From the NCBI GenBank assembly GCA_002344125.1, contig DDTQ01000011.1, positions 1,052,463-1,116,462 on the forward strand: 64,000 bases of DNA, in the 5' to 3' direction. The translations under genes were made by a program, and so were the position numbers. Position 1 is the first letter of the stretch. Each line of letters begins with the position of its first letter. Shown in pieces: positions 9,510 through 19,546 of this stretch. This DNA comes from Ignavibacteria bacterium UBA2360. GTDB taxonomy: Bacteria > Bacteroidota > Ignavibacteria > Tepidaquicellales > OLB5. The notes beneath the pieces were generated by a model, which saw only the letters and a list, made by a program, of their open reading frames with translations, searched no databases and was not told where the DNA came from.

Positions 9510-10472
9510 ATGCGATTTTTCAATTCAAATAGAGATAGATACAGGAACCATAACATGGGGTACAACAGGCCTTCTATGTTCGGTGGATTTTCATTTTTTC
9601 CGCCGGTAATAAAATACCTGCTGATATCTAACATTGCAATTTTTATTTTCCAGCATTTTATTTTTGCGGGTTTCAAAGTGGGCGGCGTGCCGCTTTCTGT
9701 ATTCTTCCTGAAATATTTTGCACTTAACCCTATAGGCAGCGAAGTTTTCCCGTTCTACCCCTGGCAGCTTTTCACTTACATTTTTATGCATGGCGGTTTC
9801 TGGCACCTGTTCTTAAATATGTTCGCTCTGTGGATGTTCGGTATGGAGCTTGAAAACATTTGGGGCTCAAAAAAATTCTTTTTGTACTATTTAATGTGCG
9901 GCGTAGGCGCGGGCCTTGCCACAATTTTACTTACACCCTTGTTTACCGGGCTAAACCTGCCAACAGTCGGCGCATCAGGCTCCGTTTACGGAATACTGGT
10001 AGCATTCGGTATGCTTTTCCCCAACAGAGAAATTTTCCTGTACTTCCTCTTCCCCATTAAAGCCAAATACTTCGTTATAATCTACATGGCTATTGAACTA
10101 TTTTCAGTGGGCAGCAATACCGGTGTGGCGCATCTTGCGCATTTGGGCGGAGCGCTTGTAGGTTTTGTTTACCTGCTTATTACCCGAAACAATATTAACG
10201 ATCTTTTCAGGTTTGATAAAAAACCGAAGGTGAACCAGAACCGGCCAACAAATATTTACCGCAACAGGTATTACGAAAAATATAACACAACCGCTGCGGG
10301 AGAAAATATCAGCGATGCTGAGTATTACTCCAAGGGTAACAATTACAGTGATTCAGATATTACCCAGGAAAGAATTGACGAGATCTTAGATAAGATAGGC
10401 AAAGATGGCTATCAGAACTTAACCGAAGAAGAAAAACGCATTTTGTTTGAAGCAAGCAAGAAGATACATTAG
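9510..10472 (+). CDS. Rhomboid-family intramembrane serine protease
   Basis: GASGSVYG catalytic serine motif and AHLAHLGGALVG histidine motif within about 6 TM segments. Confidence 0.85.
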   Translation: MRFFNSNRDRYRNHNMGYNRPSMFGGFSFFPPVIKYLLISNIAIFIFQHFIFAGFKVGGVPLSVFFLKYFALNPIGSEVFPFYPWQLFTYIFMHGGFWHLFLNMFALWMFGMELENIWGSKKFFLYYLMCGVGAGLATILLTPLFTGLNLPTVGASGSVYGILVAFGMLFPNREIFLYFLFPIKAKYFVIIYMAIELFSVGSNTGVAHLAHLGGALVGFVYLLITRNNINDLFRFDKKPKVNQNRPTNIYRNRYYEKYNTTAAGENISDAEYYSKGNNYSDSDITQERIDEILDKIGKDGYQNLTEEEKRILFEASKKIH

Positions 10473-10477
10473 AGAAT

Positions 10478-10735
10478 ATGACTCAACTTGAAATAAAAAC
10501 GAATTTTCATAAGCTGATAGACGAAATTGAAGATCAGAATGAGCTTACAAAGCTTTATGAATATTTTATTGCTCTGAAGCAGAATTTCGAAAAATCAGGC
10601 AGTGACTGGTGGGACGAACTGAGCGAAGAACAAAAAAGGAATTTTGATATTGCAATTGAACAATGCAATGATCCTTCAAAACAAATTTCACATGAAGAGG
10701 TAATGAGGGAGTCAAAGAAATGGTTGAAGAAGTAA
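10478..10735 (+). CDS. Putative antitoxin (addiction-module component)
   Basis: An 85-aa acidic helical protein with ...LSEEQK....I......ISHEE..........WLKK. Overlaps the ParE-like gene by 16 nt. Confidence 0.6.
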   Translation: MTQLEIKTNFHKLIDEIEDQNELTKLYEYFIALKQNFEKSGSDWWDELSEEQKRNFDIAIEQCNDPSKQISHEEVMRESKKWLKK

Positions 10736-10998
10736 TTTGGACTGAACAGGCAACTTTTGACTTTCGCCAAATACTTGAATATCTTTACGATGAATGGAGT
10801 TACAAAACAGAAGAAGAATATTACAATAGAGTGTTTGAAGTAATAGAACTCATAAAAGAATTCCCTGGTATGGGCGAGTTGATACCGGAAAGACCTGATT
10901 CACGAAAATTCCTTATTGCAAAATTCAATTATTTAACATATGTGCTAATAGGAAATAAGTTATTTGTTTTAAGTCTTATTGATACGAGAATGGATTAA
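10720..10998 (+). CDS. ParE/RelE-family toxin
   Basis: 92 aa. The pattern I.WT..A..D...I..YL........A......I.......L..FP..G resembles ParE-like plasmid-stabilisation toxins. Confidence 0.7.
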   Translation: MVEEVIWTEQATFDFRQILEYLYDEWSYKTEEEYYNRVFEVIELIKEFPGMGELIPERPDSRKFLIAKFNYLTYVLIGNKLFVLSLIDTRMD

Positions 10999-10999
10999 T

Positions 11000-12997
11000 A
11001 TGGATACAATAACCACATTAAAAATATACAACAACTCTTTAACAAAATACTCAAGGTTTAAAACCCGTGAAGTAATGGTTGGCAATATTGGTTTTGGCGC
11101 AGGCAATCCTATAAGAGTGCAATCTATGACCACTACTGATACCATGGATACCAAAGGTACGGTTGAGCAATCAATACGTATGATCGAAGCCGGCTGCGAG
11201 CTCGTCAGAATAACAGCCCCGGCTGCCAAGGAAGCCAGGAATCTGGAGAACATCAAAAATGAACTGCGTGCCCGCGGATATAACACTCCGATAGTCGCAG
11301 ATATCCACTTCAAACCCGATGCTGCTGAAATTGCTGCAAGGATAGTTGAAAAAGTAAGAGTTAACCCCGGCAATTACGCTGATAAAAAGAAATTCAAAGT
11401 GTTCAGCTTTACTGATGAACTATACAATGAAGAGCTTGAAAGAATTTACGAATCATTTTCACCCCTTGTAAAAATTTGCAAAGAGCATGGAACCGCAATG
11501 AGAATTGGCACCAACCACGGCTCATTAAGTGACAGGATCATGAATCGCTACGGTGATACACCGATTGGTATGGTGGAATCAGCGCTGGAGTTTGTGCGAA
11601 TTTGCCGTGATCACAATTACCATGAGATTATCCTTTCCATGAAATCTTCCAATACGCAGGTAATGGTTGAAGCATACAGGCTGCTTGTTAACAGGATGAT
11701 AGAAGAAGGCATGAACTATCCGCTGCACCTCGGTGTAACAGAAGCAGGCGATGGCGAAGACGGAAGGATTAAATCATCAGTCGGTATAGGTACACTCCTT
11801 GAAGACGGGCTTGGCGATACAATAAGAGTATCTCTCACCGAAGACCCTGAGTTTGAAATTCCCGTTTGCAGTAGGATAGTAGAGAGATATAATAATCGTC
11901 AATCACACACACCGATTGCGGATTTGGGATTGCGGATTGCGGATTATAATGTAATTTCAGGCAAATCCGAAATCGAAAATCCGAATTCCGAAATCCCATA
12001 CGATCCATTTTCATATCAGCGCCGTAAGACTTACGAAACGGATAAGATCGGCAATCATCATGTACCTGTTGTGATATTGAGTCTGGATGCAAAGGAGTAT
12101 TCAGAACCTTCATCTCTTGAAAAAATTTCATACAGTTATTCTAAAGAACTTGATAAATGGAACATCGGCGACTTGGCGCCGGATTTTATTTACCTCAGTA
12201 CGGGTGACCTGCCCTATGCGCTGCCAGGAACATTAAAGAAAATTTTCGATTACAGCTTCTGGAAGACTCTTGAAGATAAATCGGATTCTTTTCCGTTATT
12301 TACTCCTAAGGAATATTTAACAGCTGAGAGAAAATCCTACAGGATTAATTTTGTTTCATTAACAATTAATGATATCACACCAGATCTGCTTGAAGCTATT
12401 AAAGTTGATAAATTTTGCGTGCTTGTGATCAATACATCCAATCAGCACGGAATGGCAGAGGAGCGAAGAGTAATAATTGAGCTCATGCAGCAGGGGATAG
12501 ATACACCTGTGATAATATCGCGAAGCTACGCCGATATTGATGATGAGGACCTCACAATAAGCAGCGCAACAGATTTGGGTGCACTGTTGATCGACGGTAT
12601 GGGTGATGGTATCTGGATTAAAGCAGAAAACAGCATTGATGTTATCAACCGCGTCAGCTTTGGGATACTTCAGGCGTCAAGAACAAGGATTTCTAAAACC
12701 GAATATATAAGCTGTCCATCTTGCGGGCGAACGCAGTTTGATCTGCAGGTAACAACAGCTATGATAAAAAAACGCACAGACCATCTGAAAGGTGTGAAAA
12801 TCGCCATTATGGGCTGCATTGTTAACGGACCGGGTGAAATGGCTGACGCCGATTACGGCTTTGTGGGGTCAGGACCCGACTGGATAACTTTATACCGCGG
12901 AAAAGAAGTTATTGAGCGGGGCATTCCGTATCCAGAAGCTTTGGATAAGCTTATCGGCATAATGAAGGAAGACGGAATATGGATAGAGAACAATTAA
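11000..12997 (+). CDS. ispG: 4-hydroxy-3-methylbut-2-en-1-yl diphosphate synthase, long form with inserted domain
   Basis: TIM-barrel N-terminus (…VRVQSMTTTDT…, …IVADIHF…) and a C-terminal Fe-S domain CPSCGRT...GCIVNGPGE. The ORF is open from 10979, but the ATG at 11000 (1 nt after the toxin stop) is preferred. Confidence 0.9.
   Translation: MDTITTLKIYNNSLTKYSRFKTREVMVGNIGFGAGNPIRVQSMTTTDTMDTKGTVEQSIRMIEAGCELVRITAPAAKEARNLENIKNELRARGYNTPIVADIHFKPDAAEIAARIVEKVRVNPGNYADKKKFKVFSFTDELYNEELERIYESFSPLVKICKEHGTAMRIGTNHGSLSDRIMNRYGDTPIGMVESALEFVRICRDHNYHEIILSMKSSNTQVMVEAYRLLVNRMIEEGMNYPLHLGVTEAGDGEDGRIKSSVGIGTLLEDGLGDTIRVSLTEDPEFEIPVCSRIVERYNNRQSHTPIADLGLRIADYNVISGKSEIENPNSEIPYDPFSYQRRKTYETDKIGNHHVPVVILSLDAKEYSEPSSLEKISYSYSKELDKWNIGDLAPDFIYLSTGDLPYALPGTLKKIFDYSFWKTLEDKSDSFPLFTPKEYLTAERKSYRINFVSLTINDITPDLLEAIKVDKFCVLVINTSNQHGMAEERRVIIELMQQGIDTPVIISRSYADIDDEDLTISSATDLGALLIDGMGDGIWIKAENSIDVINRVSFGILQASRTRISKTEYISCPSCGRTQFDLQVTTAMIKKRTDHLKGVKIAIMGCIVNGPGEMADADYGFVGSGPDWITLYRGKEVIERGIPYPEALDKLIGIMKEDGIWIENN
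11914..11997. repeat. In-frame inverted pair of heptamer arrays inside ispG
   Basis: 5 x GATTGCG-like units at 11914-11948, a 14-nt spacer, then 5 x AAATCCG-like units at 11963-11997. Total 84 nt. Confidence 0.85.
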
Positions 12998-13034
12998 CAA
13001 TGAGCAATGAGTAATTAACAATTACGAATTTTTG

Positions 13035-13060
13035 AAGAGGGGATAAATTCCCCTTTTTTA
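13035..13060 (+). terminator. Rho-independent terminator after ispG
   Basis: AGGGGA-taaat-TCCCCT followed by a T-run. Confidence 0.55.
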
Positions 13061-13119
13061 TTTTATGGCAAGACTTTAATTTTACTAATATTTAATGAAT
13101 TTCAAAAGTCCTGAGTGAA

Positions 13120-15627
13120 ATGAAAAGAAAATACATTTTCATTATAATTCTGCTGTTAACATCCTTACTTAATTATTCAATATATTCACAAATGTTCGGG
13201 CAGGAGCCCACTGAACGAATACGCACTTATGACGTTCAGCATATTAAGCTTGAAATTTCCGTTGATCCTGAAGCCAAAACTGTATCAGGTCTTGTATATA
13301 CTTCTATTGTTCCTATAGAAAATGGATTTTCTGAATTTGAAGTTGATGCTGCCGGTATGACGATTGAAAGTGTATGGCTTGACCCGAAAGGTTCGATGAC
13401 CATAAGTTATGACGGTAATACTAAAAGAAAAGGTTACTATTACACAGATCTTAAATTCACTTATGATAAAAAAAAGGTCAAAGTAACTCTTGATAAGGCC
13501 TACAGCGAAAAAGATACCCTGCATTATGTAATTGCATATATGACCACTGATCCTGAAAAAGGGTTGTATTTCATTACTCCCACTGAAACCTTTCCAAATA
13601 AGCGCTATGAAGTCTGGTCTCAGGGCGAAGGTGAAGATAACCGCTATTGGTTCCCATGTTACGATTACCCTAACGATATGGCTACCACGGAAATGTATGT
13701 CACCGTCAGCAGCAGGTACCAAACTATTTCCAACGGAGTATTAAAGAATAAATTCGATAAACTGAATTACACAACATGGCATTGGGCGAACGATAAACCG
13801 CACGTATCATACTTGGTTATGCTTGGTATAGGTAATTGGGATACAATCAGCACTTCATGGGATGGGATTCCTGTCATATCATATGTACCGCCTGGCTGGA
13901 AGTCTTGGGGCGAAAATTCATACAGGCAGACTGCCGATATCATGAAATTCTTTTCAGAATACATCGGCTTCCGTTACCCGTGGGGTGAGTTCCGCCAGGT
14001 TGCCGTGCAGGATTTTATCTATGGTGGAATGGAAAATACAGGCGCAGTCGTTCTGTTTGAAGGTTCTGTTTATGATGAAAAAACCGAGCCCGATTATTCC
14101 GCTACAGGTTTAGTAGCTCATGAGCTTGCACACCAATGGTGGGGTGATGTTGTTACATGCAAGAACTGGAACGAAATGTGGCTGAACGAAAGCTTCGCAA
14201 CTTATTTTCAGTGCCTGTACAAAGAGCATCAGCTTGGCAAAGATGAGTTTGATTACAATATTTTCAGTAATGGCAACAACGCCATTAAAGCTGATTCTAC
14301 ATCACGCAAACCTATATACATAAGAGATGGCTTAACCACCAATACATACGATAAAGGTTCGGTTGTGCTTAACATGCTGCGAAATATGATTGGGGATGAT
14401 AAGTTCAGAAAAACAATGAACCTTTACATTACTAAAAATCAGTTTAAGCCGGTTGTAACCAAAGACCTGGTTGATGCACTGCACACAGCAATTGATGACC
14501 CGCTGCTTGACCAAATGCCCGCTAACTTAAGCTGGTTCTTTGAAGAATGGATCTACAAAGCTGGGCAGCCGGAATTTAAAGCTGACTACACCTACAATGA
14601 AGATATAAAAGAATTAACTCTAAATGCCGTTCAGGTACAGAATACGGATTCATCTTCTGTTTTTAAAACTCCCGTTCCCGTGGAGATCTTTACAGAAGCG
14701 GGTAAACAGAATTTATCGATGGAAACCTCTGCTGAAATTAAAACTTACGTTTTAAAACTTGATTCCAAACCGCTGAATGTCAATTTTAATAAAGGGAACA
14801 AAGTCCTTTGTAAGCTGTATTTCAGCAAGCCCAAAGCTGACTGGCTTTATCAGCTTAACAATTCAGCGGATGCAATTGATAGGCTTACCGCTCTTAACGG
14901 TTTGAAGGATTTCATCAATGATGAAGATGTCATTGAAGCCCTAAGAACAACAATGAGAAATGATACATTCTGGGGCGTTAGAAATGAAGCCGTAAAGGTC
15001 ATTGCCAATTCAAAAAACAAATCAGTCACAGAAATTTTTATGAAGTATATGATCGATGAGAGTGATTCCAGGGTAAGAAGAACGTACTTGTTGAATATTA
15101 AAAACATACTGAACTATCACCCCGAAGAAAAAGAGAACATTGCTGTACTGCAATACTTCCTCACGAACCTGATAGCCGGCGAAACAAGCTACTACGCAGC
15201 CGCTGACGCGGTTACCGCGCTCTCTGATATACTGGACAGCGATAAAATTTATGATGCTGTAATTCCTTATTTAGAAATGGATTCACATGTTGATATTATC
15301 CGCCGCAATGTACTTACCGCTCTTGCAAGATCCAAAGATCCCCGCGCAAAAGACGTATTTTTGAAATACGGCAAGATTGGCAGTACAGCAAGAGTGCGTA
15401 ACATAGCCATAACAGGACTCGGAGATTACCTGAATGATCCTTTGGTAATAGAATTCCTCAATAATAGCCTTAAAGGCTCACCCCGCAGCACGCAGGGTGC
15501 GATACTTTCACTCCTGTTAAGAGCAAAAAACCCTTCATCATTGCCATTTCTCAACGATTTAGCCAATTCTTCTAATGACCAAAGGTTTATAGAAAGAGTC
15601 AACAGGGTGATCCAAGCATTTAATTAA
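13120..15627 (+). CDS. M1-family aminopeptidase with a C-terminal HEAT/ARM-like region
   Basis: GGMENTG (GAMEN) exopeptidase motif and HELAHQWWGD...WLNESFA (HExxH-x18-E); signal peptide; 835 aa. Confidence 0.9.
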   Translation: MKRKYIFIIILLLTSLLNYSIYSQMFGQEPTERIRTYDVQHIKLEISVDPEAKTVSGLVYTSIVPIENGFSEFEVDAAGMTIESVWLDPKGSMTISYDGNTKRKGYYYTDLKFTYDKKKVKVTLDKAYSEKDTLHYVIAYMTTDPEKGLYFITPTETFPNKRYEVWSQGEGEDNRYWFPCYDYPNDMATTEMYVTVSSRYQTISNGVLKNKFDKLNYTTWHWANDKPHVSYLVMLGIGNWDTISTSWDGIPVISYVPPGWKSWGENSYRQTADIMKFFSEYIGFRYPWGEFRQVAVQDFIYGGMENTGAVVLFEGSVYDEKTEPDYSATGLVAHELAHQWWGDVVTCKNWNEMWLNESFATYFQCLYKEHQLGKDEFDYNIFSNGNNAIKADSTSRKPIYIRDGLTTNTYDKGSVVLNMLRNMIGDDKFRKTMNLYITKNQFKPVVTKDLVDALHTAIDDPLLDQMPANLSWFFEEWIYKAGQPEFKADYTYNEDIKELTLNAVQVQNTDSSSVFKTPVPVEIFTEAGKQNLSMETSAEIKTYVLKLDSKPLNVNFNKGNKVLCKLYFSKPKADWLYQLNNSADAIDRLTALNGLKDFINDEDVIEALRTTMRNDTFWGVRNEAVKVIANSKNKSVTEIFMKYMIDESDSRVRRTYLLNIKNILNYHPEEKENIAVLQYFLTNLIAGETSYYAAADAVTALSDILDSDKIYDAVIPYLEMDSHVDIIRRNVLTALARSKDPRAKDVFLKYGKIGSTARVRNIAITGLGDYLNDPLVIEFLNNSLKGSPRSTQGAILSLLLRAKNPSSLPFLNDLANSSNDQRFIERVNRVIQAFN

Positions 15628-15820
15628 CAATAGTTTAATTGCTAAGTTGTGAATCTTTCTATACCTTGAAATTCTCACCAAAAATCGGCATATTTGTAGT
15701 TCTTTCCACGAAATTTTATCTCAAACTGGAGTGGATTTTAAACTAACGCTCCGAACGCTATTGAAGCGTGCGGGGATATTTATTAATTAAACTAAGTTTT
15801 AACGGAGATTTTAATAAACG

Positions 15821-17653
15821 ATGACTTCACCAAACGAGACAGTTAATGATAATGCAGCGATTGAAGAAGCAAAACCGGTTGTAATTAAAACAAAAGATTT
15901 TGTTGCAAAAGATTACAGCGAAGAAGAATTTAAAAAATACATTGAGCTTTACGAAAAGACTTTTAATGTAATTAAAGAAAACGAGATAGCAAAAGGAAAG
16001 GTTGTTGCGATTTCAGGCAACGACGTTTTAATTGATATCGGCTTCAAATCAGACGGTAGAGTTTCTATCGATGAGTTCCCCGATCCTGATAACATAAAAA
16101 TAGGCGATGAAGTTGAGATCTTTGTAGAAAAGATCGAAGACCGCGAAGGACAGCTTGTTCTTTCACGCAAACGCGCTGATATTATCCGTAACTGGGAAAA
16201 GATCACAGCTGCAAAAGAGAACGATACTGTTATTCAGGGTAAATGCGTTCGCCGTATCAAAGGCGGATTTGTTGTCGATCTCGGCGGCATTAACGCGTTC
16301 CTTCCGGGTTCACAGATAGATACCAAACCTATCCGTGACTACGATGTATTTGTAAATAAAATGATGGACTTCAAGATATTGAAGATCAATCATCCTAATG
16401 AAAATATTATAGTATCACATAAAGTTCTCATTGAAGAATCAATGTCAGAACAAAGAGGCAAACTGCTTGCTACACTTGAATCAGGCCAGGTATTAACTTC
16501 AACAGTTAAGGCTATTACCGATTTTGGTGTGTTTGTAGATCTTGGCGGCGTTGATGGACTTATCCATATTACCGACCTCTCATGGGGCAGGATAAATCAC
16601 CCCAGCGATGTAGTTAACCTGGATGAAACTATTGATGTAAAAGTACTTGAATACGACAAAGAAAAGAAACGCGTTACACTTGGCTTAAAACAGCTGCAGC
16701 CGCATCCATGGGAAAATATCGAAGAGAAACTCAAGATCGGTGATAAAGTATCAGGTAAGGTTGTATCAATTACCGATTACGGCGCATTTATTGAAATAGA
16801 AAAAGGCATTGAAGGCCTTATTCATATTTCAGAAATGTCATGGACACAGCACATAACCAATCCAACCCAGGTTGTTACAATGGGGCAGGTTATTGAAGCT
16901 ATTGTTCTCAGCCTTGATAAGAACGAAAAGAAACTCTCACTTGGTATTAAACAGCTTACACCTAACCCGTGGCAGTCTTTGCTTGACCGCTTCCCGGTGA
17001 ATTCAAAGCATAAAGGAAAAGTCTGCAACATTACAAACTTCGGCGTTTTTGTTGAGCTTGAAGAAGGCGTTGACGGCTTAATACATATTTCTGACCTTTC
17101 ATGGACAAAGAAGATCTTCAATATTGAAGATTTCGTTCAGTTGGGACAGGAAATTGATGTAACAATTCTTGGAATAGACGTTGAAAACCAGAGAATTGCT
17201 CTGGGACATAAACAGCTTACAGATAACCCATGGGAAAAACTTACAGATGAGTTTAAACCCGGAACTGAAGCCAAATGCAAGGTTATGAAAGCTATCGAAA
17301 AAGGGATAATTGTAGAATTACCCGCAGTTGTTGATGGCTTTATTCCCGCTTCACAGCTTTCAGTATCTCCGGTAAAGAACTTCGCTGAACTTTTTAAATC
17401 AGGTGAAGAATTTATGGCTGAAGTGATTGAATTTGATAAAGAATCAAAAAAAATAGTACTATCAGTCCTTGAGTATCTTAAAGATAAAGACGAGGCTGAA
17501 GTAGATGAATATGTTGCGAAATTCAAACTTAAGAAATTCACACTTGCTGATGTTATTGACAGAACTAAATCCGCTGCCGATACAAAAGAAGAAATAGATT
17601 TCAAGATTGATGATGTTATGGATACAGAAAAAAATGAAGAACAGGCACAGTAA
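15821..17653 (+). CDS. rpsA: 30S ribosomal protein S1
   Basis: Six S1 (OB-fold) repeats of the pattern G..V.G.V..I..FG.FV.L..G..GL.H.S; 610 aa. Confidence 0.95.
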   Translation: MTSPNETVNDNAAIEEAKPVVIKTKDFVAKDYSEEEFKKYIELYEKTFNVIKENEIAKGKVVAISGNDVLIDIGFKSDGRVSIDEFPDPDNIKIGDEVEIFVEKIEDREGQLVLSRKRADIIRNWEKITAAKENDTVIQGKCVRRIKGGFVVDLGGINAFLPGSQIDTKPIRDYDVFVNKMMDFKILKINHPNENIIVSHKVLIEESMSEQRGKLLATLESGQVLTSTVKAITDFGVFVDLGGVDGLIHITDLSWGRINHPSDVVNLDETIDVKVLEYDKEKKRVTLGLKQLQPHPWENIEEKLKIGDKVSGKVVSITDYGAFIEIEKGIEGLIHISEMSWTQHITNPTQVVTMGQVIEAIVLSLDKNEKKLSLGIKQLTPNPWQSLLDRFPVNSKHKGKVCNITNFGVFVELEEGVDGLIHISDLSWTKKIFNIEDFVQLGQEIDVTILGIDVENQRIALGHKQLTDNPWEKLTDEFKPGTEAKCKVMKAIEKGIIVELPAVVDGFIPASQLSVSPVKNFAELFKSGEEFMAEVIEFDKESKKIVLSVLEYLKDKDEAEVDEYVAKFKLKKFTLADVIDRTKSAADTKEEIDFKIDDVMDTEKNEEQAQ

Positions 17654-17676
17654 TTTAAATGGTTAATTAACAATTA

Positions 17677-17711
17677 AAAGCATTCTGCTCTAAAAAGCAG
17701 AATGCTTTTTT
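17677..17711 (+). terminator. Rho-independent terminator after rpsA
   Basis: 13-bp stem AAAGCATTCTGCT / AGCAGAATGCTTT followed by TTT. Confidence 0.75.
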
Positions 17712-17731
17712 AGTTTAGAACGGATATTAAA

Positions 17732-18526
17732 ATGACAGATATAAAGACCCTCAAAGATGTAATGTTCAAGGCGGCTGACGCGGCTGCTGCTATACAGCTT
17801 GAATATTTTGAAACTGATTTTGAAATTGGCAGGAAGCGAGACTACAGCGATCTTGTTACCGAAGTTGATAAAAAATGCGAAGCTAAAATTATCGAGATAA
17901 TTCATGATGCCTTTCCGGGACATAATGTGCTTGGTGAAGAAGGCGGCGATCAGCACAAAACTTCTGACTATGTATGGATAGTTGATCCTATTGACGGAAC
18001 CGTTAATTATGCTCACTCTGTACCTGTTTTTTGTGTATCAATTGCTGTGGAATATAAAGGAGAAGTAATACTTGGAATAGTTTACTCGCCCAAAACCAAT
18101 GAGAAGTTCTATGCTGAAAAGGGTGGTGGAGCTTTTCTGAATCACAAACAGTTAAAAGTAAGTGATATTGATCTTTTGAAAGATAGCTTATTGGTTACAG
18201 GTTTTCCTTATGGCGCAAAGGATAACTTTGACCATTGCATAGATCATTTTGTGAATTTTGTAAAACTCGGTTTACCCATACGCCGGCTGGGCTCCGCAGC
18301 GCTTGATATCTGCTACCTGGCCGCAGGAAGGTTTGAAGGTTTCTGGGAAGTGAATCTTAACGCATGGGATGTAGCGGCGGGTTACCTGATCCTGCTTGAA
18401 GCAGGCGGAAAAGTGACAAATTTTGAAGGCGGTAAATACTCAGTTTATGATAAGCAGATACTTGCTACTAACGGGAAAACTGTTCACAGTGAAATGATAG
18501 AGGTGCTGAAAAAAGCGTATTTGTAA
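17732..18526 (+). CDS. Inositol monophosphatase family protein (SuhB-like)
   Basis: Motifs ...GEEGG... and WIVDPIDGTVNYAH, plus the C-terminal WDVAAG. Confidence 0.85.
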   Translation: MTDIKTLKDVMFKAADAAAAIQLEYFETDFEIGRKRDYSDLVTEVDKKCEAKIIEIIHDAFPGHNVLGEEGGDQHKTSDYVWIVDPIDGTVNYAHSVPVFCVSIAVEYKGEVILGIVYSPKTNEKFYAEKGGGAFLNHKQLKVSDIDLLKDSLLVTGFPYGAKDNFDHCIDHFVNFVKLGLPIRRLGSAALDICYLAAGRFEGFWEVNLNAWDVAAGYLILLEAGGKVTNFEGGKYSVYDKQILATNGKTVHSEMIEVLKKAYL

Positions 18527-18627
18527 TATTCCGAGATTTATTATAACACAGATTTTTAGACTAAAATGGGTTAATATTGTATAATATTAATCCATTTTCA
18601 TTTTGTTAAACATAGGAGGAAATCATC

Positions 18628-19545
18628 ATGATAGCCTTGATAATTTTTTTGCTTATTGTTGCCCTGGTTGTTAACCAGCTTAAAAAGAACGTTGCAAATA
18701 CTGCTACCGCCAAACTATTCGGGGTTATAAGAAACGCTGCATTTATCGGGATCATTGTTGCTGCGCTGCTTTCCAGCGTTGCGCAGGTGGGTCCGGGTGA
18801 AGTAGGTGTGCAGCTTCTCTTCGGCAGCGTGCAGGATAAAACCCTGCCTAGCGGATTGAATATTGTTAATCCCCTGGTAAATGTTGAATACATGGATATT
18901 AAGACCCAGGCATACACTATGAGCTCAATTCAGGATGAAGGCGGTCAGAAAAATGACGATGCTATTTCAACTCTATCCAGCGACGGGTTAACTCTGCGGC
19001 TTGATCTCACTATCTGGTACAGGCTGAGTGAAACTGACGCCCCGCAGGTTTACAGAACTATCGGTACCGATTACTCCGAAAAGATCGTAAGACCCGCTAT
19101 CAGAACTGCATTGCGGGATGTTTCTGTGGGATACGCTGCGACTGATATTTACTCAACTAAACGCGAGGATTTTGTAGTTAATGTAACAAAAAATCTGGAA
19201 GATGCGTTTAATGGAAGGGGAATTATACTCGAACGTGTTCTCTTAAGAAACGTAGAACTTCCCGAAAAAGTCCGCGCCGCAATTGATGAAAAGATCGCTT
19301 CCGAACAGCGCGCGCAGCAAATGGTATATGTGCTGCAAAAAGAAAAACAGGAAGCAGAAAGAAAAAGAGTAGAAGCACAGGGTATTGCTGATTATAACAG
19401 GATAGTTTCGCAGAGCATAACTGACCAGGTGCTGCAGCTTAAAGGCATTGAAGCAACACTGGAACTTGGCAAAAGCAATAATTCTAAAATGGTCATTATG
19501 AACGGCAAAAATATGCCGCTTATTTTCGGACCAAGCGGATTTTGA
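18628..19545 (+). CDS. SPFH / band-7 (prohibitin-like) membrane protein
   Basis: N-terminal TM segment, SPFH core, then an AEQRAQQ...EAERKRVEAQGIADYN coiled-coil tail. Confidence 0.85.
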   Translation: MIALIIFLLIVALVVNQLKKNVANTATAKLFGVIRNAAFIGIIVAALLSSVAQVGPGEVGVQLLFGSVQDKTLPSGLNIVNPLVNVEYMDIKTQAYTMSSIQDEGGQKNDDAISTLSSDGLTLRLDLTIWYRLSETDAPQVYRTIGTDYSEKIVRPAIRTALRDVSVGYAATDIYSTKREDFVVNVTKNLEDAFNGRGIILERVLLRNVELPEKVRAAIDEKIASEQRAQQMVYVLQKEKQEAERKRVEAQGIADYNRIVSQSITDQVLQLKGIEATLELGKSNNSKMVIMNGKNMPLIFGPSGF

Positions 19546-19546
19546 T

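Noticed and set aside
10979-10999. An ispG start at 10979, as given in the ORF track
   Set aside because: That start would overlap the last 20 nt of the toxin gene and add MIREWIN, which has no counterpart in the conserved N-terminus. The ATG at 11000 directly follows the toxin stop. The choice remains uncertain without experimental data.
17137-17673. A 178-aa antisense ORF inside rpsA. Similar shadow ORFs occur at 7347-7952, 10969-11373, 13285-13722, 40326-40742 and 46157-46582.
   Set aside because: All overlap confidently assigned genes on the opposite strand and translate to Ser/Ile/Phe-rich low-complexity sequence. These are typical antisense-frame artefacts of AT-rich coding DNA.
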